In this document: one piece after another, positions 1-10,758 of the stretch | Position numbering within the stretch: position 1 is the first letter of the stretch | Layout: each line of letters opens with the position of its first letter | Assembly (NCBI GenBank): GCA_965153285.1 | Contig: OZ229129.1 | DNA length: 64,000 nucleotides | Direction: 5' to 3' (one strand) | From: Podarcis tiliguerta | Taxonomy: Eukaryota | Program-made: the position numbers and the translations under genes | Notes under the pieces: model-generated | The model's database searches: none | Seen by the model: only the letters and a program-made list of their open reading frames with translations | Told to the model about the DNA's origin: nothing

Positions 1-3000
1 ATCCACTGCCTTGCCATGCTGTAAATGAAAAGAAGAAATAGAGCTGTATTTAATCAGTGTTCTGCTAACAGCATGCTATTAAAAACAAATCAAAAAACCA
101 CCCTCTATATGACATCACTCAGCATAGTGCTTTAAATGTATAGTGTGGATGTTGCAACAGAAATACTTCCCCATGGCAAAGAGGGTTGTTTCATGTCCAG
201 TTTGTGCTCCAATTCCTTTCATTACTAATTAAGTGCTTGGAATGAGGGAGGATCTTCTATTCAAACTTCTCCCAAAGTCTTTGTCACCTTTCTTAGTCTT
301 ATAACTTTTCAGGGATTGCTCAGGTGTTCTTTACTTCTCCCTGCCTGAAGCCCCTTCAGTCCTGTTGTTTGTAGATCATCAATTTTTGAGCTGTTCTCTG
401 CTTGCTGGCTCCTATCAGGCAGTGCAGGCACATCCTGGTAATCTCCAAATCCAGCAAAGTGCTGTCTGGCAATCAATAGCTGCCTGCCCTCTCTATTTGC
501 TTTCCTTTGCTTGCATATTTTAAAGGAGCCGAAGTAGCCCCTTCAATTTTCACTCTGTGTGCAATACAAACGATGGCTTACAGAAATATACATAATTGCT
601 ATCTCTCCTTTTCCCCCTCCTGAGCTTGCTGATGCCATCTCCTTTCCTGATCATCTGTCTGCCTTCAGATTACTCAGGAGAATTCACCTGTTTGCTCTCT
701 GTCAGGTGAGGAAGCCAACCTGGTGAAAGTCTAATGTATGGGGGTAGACTGAATGATTTAGGCTACTGGAGAGAAATGCATGCACCTTGTAACATGCACA
801 GGAAAACTGCTAGGGTGGTCCAGGGTCCCTAGGAATTGTTGCAGAACAAATACTGGGCTTCTCTGTGGGCTCTTCCAGATTATCTATTTATTGAGCTCCT
901 CCAGATAATTGTATTTATTGAGCATTCATCCTGATTTGCTTGCACAAGGGGTGGTCTTTATTTAGCATCCCCCTGGTTTGTGGTGAGGTTAAAAAGCAAT
1001 CAACACCCATCCTGCATTCATACTGATTTGCTTGTGGGGAGTTATTTCAGTACATGTTCCCCATCATTTTTCTAACCGTAAAACAATATTTTATTTTTAA
1101 AGTGGATTTTTTCTGGCTAGAGCTTTCAAAGCACTTTAATTGCTCAAACCTAAATTTCCCAGTATGCATATGAATCCCTCTTGCAAAAGACTGATTGGTT
1201 GGAGGTGCCCTGTGTGTTTCTGCAGTGGCTAGCTTTGTTCAGGACAGCTGTGCATTGGCTTTCATGACACATACAGCATGAATTTTCAGCTCATGAGGGG
1301 AGAAGCAGGTGGCCCTTCAGTGCTGGTTGTGGCCCCTGCCGATGCATTTAGTGCTGCTGTACTATCTGATTCAACAGATCACAACTACTGCACTGCACTG
1401 CACTGTGCTGTGTTGCTGTACTATCTGGTTCAACACCACAAGCTACTGCATGTGGAAGAAAATTGTAATCAGTTATAGTGTCTCACACAATGCATCTCAA
1501 GGACCACCTTTTCCCACATGAACCTGCCTGCTAGGCTGCTCCATTCGTGTGAATGGAGTTCTGCCCACCAATCTCAGTCTGCCATCAGTTGGCCCACACC
1601 TATATGCCTTACTTATTTACAGTGGTTCTGCTTGTCAGCTTCCTCCTCCATGGTCTTCGTGTGGTGCTTGTAGAATTCAAGAGGGAAGGAAGGGGATGGT
1701 ACAATTAGAATTAGGCTTCATACATGCTAATCTGTTCATAGCACAATAATGTAGTTTTCCCTCAATCCAGAATCATCCATGCTCATCATGCTGCTTTCAA
1801 TTTAGATTGGTTCTGGTACATGTTGTCTAAAAAAGGTGGGTGTGGTTGACTGCTTGAGATGTGTTTGAAAAGCCCCCCCCCCATCATTATCCATGCCTTT
1901 TCCTCCCTACACATGCCCCTCACCAGGGAAGAGGGAAGTGAAAAATGTGACATTGGGCAGGTGTGGATACACCACCCATGACCCAGTTGTTGAGATTGCC
2001 TACATCTGTTTTCAACTCCTCTCAAATGACACATTTCAGGATAATGCAGAATCAATCTACAATTAGCTTTTATTTTCAACATGAAAGTAGTTTCTCATTA
2101 AGCACCTATTGAGGCAAAATATATGCAAGCAATAGATTTAAACTTTGTAGACCATGTGGGATGGGGGAACGTACTCATTCTCAATTGACACTGGAATACA
2201 TTGTTGCATGCATGCAGCCTTAGTTGGCTCCACCTCCACCTACTGTTTGCCATCCTGTCTTCTATGCTACCAGACCCAATGGGCACCAGCCACTATTTCC
2301 CAGAGCCATCTCCCTGGGCCCACAGGAAGTGACAACACTGAGAATGGAAAAGGTGGAAGCACTAAGAGCATCTTGCCCAAATGACTCTTTCAAAGACTGG
2401 AGCTGGTACTGTCAAGCCACATTGTGGGGATATGTGTGTGGCTCTTAATTTGTTGGCAAAGCAATACATTTAAGTACTTTGGATTATTTATCCCTCCCAA
2501 CCTTAAAAAAAGTGGGGAAGTCCTTTGTTTCTTGCTGTAACTATCTCCCTACCACTACCCCTTTTTCCTATTTCTCCCTTGTTAAGATTGGTCTGAAAAT
2601 TTAATGCAGTGCGTTAATGTAAATTGCCTCAAGCATCAATTGGCATGGGGGCTCTGAATAAATAAAGCAGTTATTACTTCCATAACAAAATGGCAAAATA
2701 TACAAGCAACGTGCTCCAATATTAAATTAGACCAAGTATTGCTTCTTGAAGAATAGAATACAAATAAGACACGATACATTTCTTCTTTTAGGATATATCA
2801 CAGGCCTGAATATTCTGCTCTTCTTTAATGTTAAACCCTCTCAAATCAGAGTCAAAATTACAAGCTGTCTGCACAGCATGGATGGCAATGTTTTGATAAG
2901 ATGTGAAGAGCAGTGGTAGACTTAGTGGTTTTTAAAATTTTCTAGCAAAGAATATGAAAAGCTTTCACTTGACTGCACCTACCTTTATTAAGAATTTAGA

Positions 3001-4729
3001 GGGAAAGATGGACCCCCTGTCTTTATCTCAGCTACTATGTCATTTTCCAGTGTTCTGCCATTGTTTGGTGTGAACACAACACCTAAGCAAAGTTTGTCTG
3101 GGTATAACACATAGCTGCAATATGAGTAAATTGCAAGCAAACTTTTTAGTTTGTTTGCATAATTTATGTTGCTGTTTAATATGAAATCAAACTTTTTCAC
3201 TATGGACTAGAGTAGACTAGGAGTGCAGTAGCCAGCATAGTGTACTCTGGGTGTCATAGGACTACAACCCCTAGTACCCCTGACTATTGACCATGATGGC
3301 TAGGGCTGATGGGAGCTGGAGTCCAATACCATCTGGAGGGCACCGTGTTGGCTATCCCAGACTAGACCCTTTTTTGGTCTACAGTGTATTTTGGAAGTTC
3401 ATCCTCTAGCAACATGGCTGAAACATTTTAAAGGAAGTCATAAGAATTTTGTAAGATAGGTGAAAATTCTTGGGAAGATAGGTGGTTCTGTTCAATATTG
3501 AATTGTCGTGGAATTCTGCCTAAAGCAAAGTTTGAGTTGCCTCAAACTTAGAGCAAAGTATCTGACAATCTGCAAAGGAAACGTATCAGTGAGTGCTAGT
3601 CTAGACATGAAACATTTATTTCAATCTCATGCTTCCGATTTTCCTCTCCCTGTTTCAAAGATAACAGAACAACTAACAGCAGCTCTGGGTAGTTGGTGAT
3701 CCATATTGAAAGAGTAGCATGGGGAAATAACTTTATCTCCCCCCACTCACAATTTGCCATGAAGGGGCCAGGCACCCACAAATTTTGGTGCCAGGGCCAT
3801 GCACACTGCATGGCACCCATGGTCAAGGGGCCAAGTTGGTACTCCTGACTGCTCACTGACTATCTCCCTCCCCACCACACCCTGGTAACTGGTGGGCAAA
3901 CAGAAGTTTGGAAAAGTGTTTGAGTTGTGAAAATAAGACAGAGTTAAACCGCCCTCCATACTCCTACTTATCTCCCCCATGCCCTCTCTCGGTATAAGGC
4001 AGCTTTGTGTGAACTCTGAATACAACCTATCCTTCCCCTCTACCAAATTTACATTGTAGACTCATCAGAACAGAGATTTATTTGCTTCTTTGAAATGCTG
4101 TTGTGCTTGATCTTACTCCACCAGTAGCTAGTGTGTTATCTCTCTCTTGTGCACGCACGCACGCGCGCGTGCGCACACACACACACGTGTGTGAGAGAGA
4201 TATGCTGTTGGAGTCCAACACTCATCAGCCCCAGCCAGCATGGCCAATAGTTAAGGATTGTGGGAATCTTATCCCAGCAATATTTGGAGGTCACCACGTT
4301 GGCTACCAGTGTCTTGTTCTGCGAATCACTATGTACTTTAATTGTGCTATATAAATATGAATAAGATGTTAATAAAAGGAGAAAGTTGTCTGCAGCCCAG
4401 CAAAGGAAATTCTTCCACACCAGACTTCACATGCTTTAATTATAATTAGGACCTGGTAATAAGACGGCCACAGAGAAAAAATGACCGCAGTACGTGCTGG
4501 TGGCCCTAATGATGAAGCGTGGAAGGCAAATTAGACTTATATATCAATTAAGCCCATTAATATCACACCAATCTACTATGCCTTCCAGCCTATAGAAAAG
4601 CAAATTGAAAGAATCACAGGGACACATTCAAAGCTTTATGTGCTCATTCAGAAAGACCGAGAAGGATAAAAATTATTAAAGGAGAAGTTAATTTAATGAA
4701 TTGCTTATATTCCTCTAAAGACAGACCAA

Positions 4730-4733
<4 letters not shown>

Positions 4734-4765
<32 letters not shown>
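4734..4765. repeat. (TG)n microsatellite
   Basis: Pure GT dinucleotide run. Confidence 0.95.
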
Positions 4766-4766
<1 letters not shown>

Positions 4767-5939
4767 CCTTCTCAGAGAACAAATTTTATTGGGGGGGGGG
4801 GGCAATCAAAGGACTTTAATTGAACTAGATCAAAAGACTTTAATTGAACCAGATCAGTTGTTTTGAAAACTTTATATCTTCGGGTATGCTTTTCATTAGC
4901 TAAAGACGCACACCTCTTTTGGAATCTGTCTTGCTCTCTGCATTGCAGAGGATTCTGGAGAATATTTTAGAATGTACAGTCCATTTACCATGGAATACTG
5001 GTCAAGTCTATTGGGCCTCACCTTGACCACATGATCTGAAAGTATGGCAATAACACATCAAATACTCTCCCTGCCTTAGAAGAGCCAACCCTACTGTCAG
5101 AAAGAGTGAGGCAACAGGCTAATGTGACACAGATGCTAGAGGACAGGGAAGCATTTCCCCGAGCCCCTAAATGAGCCTGCCCTGTGCCACTAAGGTATAA
5201 TGAACCATGTTCTATTTCCCAATCTTTGGGGGGTAGGGGGGATAGTTTGGTTTAATCCATGCCAATCTGATCAGGATTGAGGAAGTTCACCAACCACCAA
5301 TTGCTAATTGTTGCACAATATCTTACTTTTTTGGAAGACCGGGATGGGCATAACCTCCTAGTGTTTCATGAGATACAGACAAGGAATCTATTATCTACCC
5401 TGCTTGAATAAGTCTGTTATGTATCTCCAGGTAGCAGACCTTCAGTTTCCATGTTTGCCTTTCTGTTCGAGGAAGTCATAAATAAATCTCAGGGAATATT
5501 TCAAATCGGGGATATTTTCATTGTTTTCAGATGGCCTCATCAGTCTTGTCTAAACCATTGCTTCTAAAAAGGCCTGTAAATGTAACAGCATTTATTGTAA
5601 TAGACACAGCTGTACAAACAGAGCCCTGGATAAAGAGGTATCCACCCTCTGTGTGCTTTCTTTCAATTGTGTGATTTGTGCCCTCACAAATTTTGCCTGG
5701 TTTTTATTTTTTATTCATCGCCTACCCTTTTCCTGCAGCTTTATCTCTGCACAAGCATGAATCTATGTTGGTCTGAAATGGGCATTGTAAGTCTCAGTCT
5801 ACACGGCTGAGAAAAGTGATGTCTACATGCTGGATGATTCTGGATCAGGCTCAAATGTTCCTATTCCACTTCAAGCAACAGCCAACTAGAAGGTAATGGA
5901 AATTCTTAAGTATTAACGCTGACATTAAGGGACATAGTG

Positions 5940-7035
5940 CCTTTGACAGTAGAGGTAGAACCTAGCCATCATGGCTAGTAGACATTGATAGACTTACCTT
6001 CCATGAATTTCCTTAATCATTTTTTTAAATCATCCAAGTTCATGGCTGTTATTACTACTTGCAAGAGCAAATTCCAAAGTTAACCATGCACTGCATAAAA
6101 AAATATATATTTTGTCTGTCCTAATTCTATACAGCCTGTCATGTTTTCTTTTACTCATATTTACTCTAAACTAAAAAGATCCAAGGGTTGTAACATATCC
6201 TCCTAGGTGAGCCACTCCATTCCCTTCATCATTTGGGATGTTTCTTTTCTGAACTTTTTCCAGATCTATGATATCCTCTTAGACGTGTGTTGATTAGAAT
6301 TATGCAGAGTTTTCCAAGTGTTGTTGCACCATGTTGTTGTTGTTGTTTAGTCATTTAGTTGTATCCGACTCTTCGTGACCCCATGGACCAGAACACACCA
6401 GTCACTCCTGTCTTCCACTGCCTCCCGCAGTTTGGTCAAACTCATGCTGGTAGCTTCGAAAACACTATCCAACCATCTCGTCCTCTGTCATCCCCTTCTC
6501 CTTGTGCCCTCCATCTTTCCCAACATCAGGGTCTTTTCCAGGGAGTCTTCTCTTCTCATGAGGTGGCCAAAGTATTGGAGCCTCAGCTTCAGGATCTGTC
6601 CTTCCAGTGAACACTCAGGGCTGATTTCCTTCAGAATGGATACGTTTGCTCTTCTTGCAGTCCATGGGACTCTCAAGAGTCTCCTCCAGCACCATAATTC
6701 AAAAGCATCAATTCTTCGGCGATCAGCTTCTTTATGGTCCAGCTCTCAATTCCATACATCACTACTGGGATAACCATAACTTTTACTATACGGACCTTTG
6801 TTGGCAAGGTGATGTCTCTACTTTTTAAGATGCTGTCTAGGTTTGTCATTGTTTATCTCCCAAGAAGCAGGTTTGTACAATGTCACGGTGATAAAGGCAG
6901 TTTTATTTTCAATTCCTTTCCTAATGAAACCTACCATGGAAATTCATCCTTTTCACAGCTGCCACACATTGGGTTGGCAGCTTTGCTGAGCTATCCACGA
7001 TGACCCCAATATCTCGCTTTGGTCAGTCACCTCAA
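5940..7035 (-). mobile_element. Old CR1 LINE 3' fragment, interrupted by Bov-B at 6332-6871
   Basis: Degenerate match to squamate CR1 3' region in reverse (gccatcatggctagtagacattgatagac...catccaagtt; ttccaagtg...gcaccat|...tttgtaca resumes after Bov-B); boundaries approximate. Confidence 0.65.
6332..6871 (-). mobile_element. Bov-B (RTE clade) LINE 3' fragment
   Basis: Minus-strand translation RVPWTARRANVSILKEISPECSLEGQILKLRLQYFGHLMRREDSLEKTLMLGK; (CAA)n tail read as (TTG)n at 6332. Confidence 0.95.
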
Positions 7036-9156
7036 GTTCAGGCTCAATAAGCATAAAGTAAATGTGAAAATACCTGCCTTTTGGACTTCCCACAGACAAC
7101 TTTGTTGCCACTGTGAGAATGCTGGATGGGGATGGGCCATTGACCTAATCCAGTAGGACTCTTTGTTCATAAGTTCACAGGAAGAGAAGGTGCTGCCCAT
7201 CTGTTCTAGGTTATCTAGTACCTGAAGATACACTACCTCTGGACATGCATGTTCCATTTAGCTAGCATGGTTAATAGCTGTAGTTTGATCTGTACTCCAA
7301 GAGCTCTTAGCACAGATAGAATACGCTTTTTGTTTTTTGCTACCTTGAAGTCCTGCACATTTACAGTACAAATCTGTCTCATATAAAAGAACAATCTATT
7401 TATCAGGATTCATTCTCACTGTGGGATTTGAACTTGGGTTTATCAAGTCAAGTGTATCTGCCCAAGTTAGAGAACTGCAGCAAAGTGAACATGTCTCTCC
7501 TCGACTCCTCCAAACCAATTGCTCAACAGAATATTTTGCGACCTTTCCATTTGCAAATGCATTCTCAGCCATTTGATGTTGGCAGACATTGTTGGTTCTT
7601 TTGCCACCAAGACCTAGCCTTGCCCTATCTGCAGGAGAGCAGTATTGGGTCATGAATTAACACAATTCCCATGAATCTTCATGGACATAGAAGAGATAAT
7701 TTAATAGTGTTGTTTTTTTATGGACTATGGATGGCAAAAAGGGCATAACCACTGACTTTCTAAGGTCAAAAGAATAAGAGGCAACAATTTTTTTTTATAT
7801 TTTGTATGACACTGATAGCATGCACACACAAAAAAATTGATCTGTGCCTATGCTATCAGGTCCAGCTATGACTTTTTGGAGTAAGAATTATATAGCTATA
7901 TGGAAGCTGTATATACAGTAACCTCTACACATTAGGTGGCAGGAGGAGACAACAGACAAGCGCTGTTTCCATTACACCCTGTTTGTGAGCTTCTCAGAGC
8001 ATCTGGTTAGTCACATTTATACATTACATTGGAGGCAGCCAATGTGGTATCCTCCATATATGGTTGGTCATGGATGGTGGGAGTTGGTCATCTGTGGTCA
8101 TGGATGGTGGGAGTTGAAGCCCAACAATATGTGGCTGACCACAGGTTCCTTATATCTGAACCAGTGTATATAGAAGAGGAATTGAGAACTTGTGCCCCTA
8201 CTAGTGTTACTTTATTGCAGCCCCCATCATCCCGCACTATTGGCCATGCAGGCTGGGGTTTCTGAGATCTGACCACCTTTGGAAGACTCTATATGGACAT
8301 TTAGTCATCTAGACAGCAAAGTCTTTAATGTTTTTACTGGCTGGTGTTACGTGAGTTTGTTAAAGTGAGTTTCAGTTCTTTATCTGTGAGTAAACCCCAT
8401 TGTACTCAGTGGATTTTTTAAAAAATACCTGTTTAAGACTGCACTGTTAAGAAAGCTATTTTGCCACATTATTTGCAACATTATCTCCGAAAGTCTTAAG
8501 AATTAGCAGCCGATGATCTGTAACTTAACAGGAAGCTGTCATTTCTTTTTTCGCATCTTCAGTTTAGCAGAGGAAAGGTTACAAACATTTTTCAGGCATC
8601 CTTAATATAGACCAGGCTGTTGAACAAGACCTCAAAAATAGGCATTCTCTGATGTGACGGCAATAAATTGATATGTTTGAGAATCTACTTTGCAATGATT
8701 GTGTTAATTCAAATGCATATGGTGTTGCTGGAACGCCAATGTTCTCCAGAAAAGGGGAGGGGGGAATCTTCTAGTTATACCTGGGGAAACATGAGCATAT
8801 ATGCAAAGGTCACATTCTTTATTACAGTCTATTTAAAAATAAATCACAAGGTGAGAGGGGCATGAGCTGAAAATGTTAATTCATTTCTTTGCTGGAATAA
8901 TAATAAAAAAAATCCCTAGGAGAACATATAGCAAACACAAACCTATTCTGATTAAATTAGTGCTAGGTGAGCACCACTAGATTCTAGGCAGATTGGCTTG
9001 GATTATTCCAAATGGTCTTTCCTCCAAATAAGGATATACTTTGCCTTATTCGGTCCAAACCGAATAACTGCTATAGCCACTCTCTGGGTGAATGATGGGA
9101 AATTATGTGGAATACTACTTCTAGCTGGATTTAAACTGTATTTGAATAATGATGGC

Positions 9157-9200
<44 letters not shown>
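9157..9200. repeat. (TAT)n microsatellite
   Basis: Trinucleotide run. Confidence 0.95.
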
Positions 9201-9201
<1 letters not shown>

Positions 9202-9830
9202 AAATCTTACCTGCCCTTCACTATGAAGTGCCCAGGTAGACTATGGCAGTTTTAAAAGACAATACTAAAAACTGTTTAACCAAGGGAAGAGAACAGGGAA
9301 GGTACACACACACACAAAATCACACTTTTATGGGGTTCTAATTATGGGTGCATAATTCCCATTTCCTAATGTAGAGGAAGAATTATGAGCCCACTGACTT
9401 TATATTTCCAAGCCAGAAAACACACATCTCTTTGGATCACTGGTGCACTGAATGATGAGAATCTTCTTTCATCATTTTGTTCATCTATAGAATGACTGGT
9501 GTCGGGTTTATGGGGTGCAAGAGGCTTCAGCCCCCTCAATATTTTGAATCAGGAACCAGGAGGGGGCTGGGATGAGCAAGGGTAAAGATCACTCTCTGCG
9601 CTCTGCCTCCTCCTCCTCGCCCGATGTCGCAAGGCCTGAGAAGATGACTGGAGCTGTTCTAAGGTTTAGGATTATGAGAAATGAAACAAATCACAGGTAC
9701 CATCATTCTGTACTGATCATGTTTCATTGGAGGCTTATCCAGACTTCCTTTTGTATCATGTTATTAGACACAAGTCCCTGTTTTAAGTCCCAGTCTACTG
9801 AACTAGATAGATCAAAGACTCAACTCAGTA

Positions 9831-10071
9831 CAGTGGTACCTCAGGTTAAGAACTTAATTCGTTCTGGAGGTCCATTCTTAACCTGAAACTGTTCTTAACC
9901 TGAGGTACCACTTTAGCTAATGGGGCCTCCAGCTGCCACCGCCTGCTGACGCGTGATTTCTGTTCTCATTCTGAAGCAAAGTTCTTAACCCGAGGTACTA
10001 TTTCTGGGTTAGCGGAGTCTGTAACCTGAAGCGTCTGTAACCTGAAGCATCTGTAACCCAAGGTACCACTG
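9831..10071. mobile_element. Tc1/mariner (pogo/Tigger-type) MITE
   Basis: TIRs cagtggtacct...aggtaccactg flanked by TA on both sides; inserted in a SINE tail (ctcagta|taaggc); inverted sister copy at 58832-59056. Confidence 0.92.
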
Positions 10072-10534
10072 TATAAGGCTTCCTATGTAACAGCAACACA
10101 TCAAGGCCGCTTCCATTGCCATGTTTTCTTTCTTCCTTCCTAGATTAATTACAGAAAAAGAAAGTGCCACCTTGTGCCTGAAATACAAATAACAAGTTCC
10201 CTTATGTTCAGCAGAAGAAAATAAGAAAACTGGTTAGCTGAGTGATATTGACTAGAAAATTGCCAAAGGCTAATCTGTATGTAAGCACTTTTTTATTTCA
10301 GTTGCAAGTGTAATAAGAATTTTACTACTGCCGCTGCATGTAGCGCAATGTGTCACAACAATTTTCATGATGTTGTGACAATGTGTCGCAACATCATGCA
10401 CGTGATGTAAATACTTTTGGTGTCACTTACCGCCCTCCTTTCTCTTTCTACCTGCACCCTTTCGGCCATATGGCAGCCAGATGCAAAAGACAGCAGGGCT
10501 CCTGTACCTTTAGTCACTGTGTACCCTCTTCCTA

Positions 10535-10758
10535 CGGATGCGGGTGGTGCTGTGGGTTAAACCACAGAGCCTAGGACTTGCTGATCAGAAGGTCGGCAGT
10601 TCGAATCCCCGTGACGGGGTGAGCTCCCATTGCTCGGTCCCTGCTCCTGCCAACCTAGCAGTTCGGAAGCACCTCAAAGTGCAAGTAGATAAATAGGTAC
10701 CACTCTGGCGGGAAAGTAAACAGCATTTCCGTGCGTTGCTCTGATTCGCCAGAAGTGG
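10535..10758 (+). mobile_element. Sauria SINE, 5' half (split by Rex1)
   Basis: tRNA-like head gg(t)ggtgctgtgggttaaa...gttcgaatccc; left TSD taccctcttccta 10522-10534 matches 13872-13884. Confidence 0.93.
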
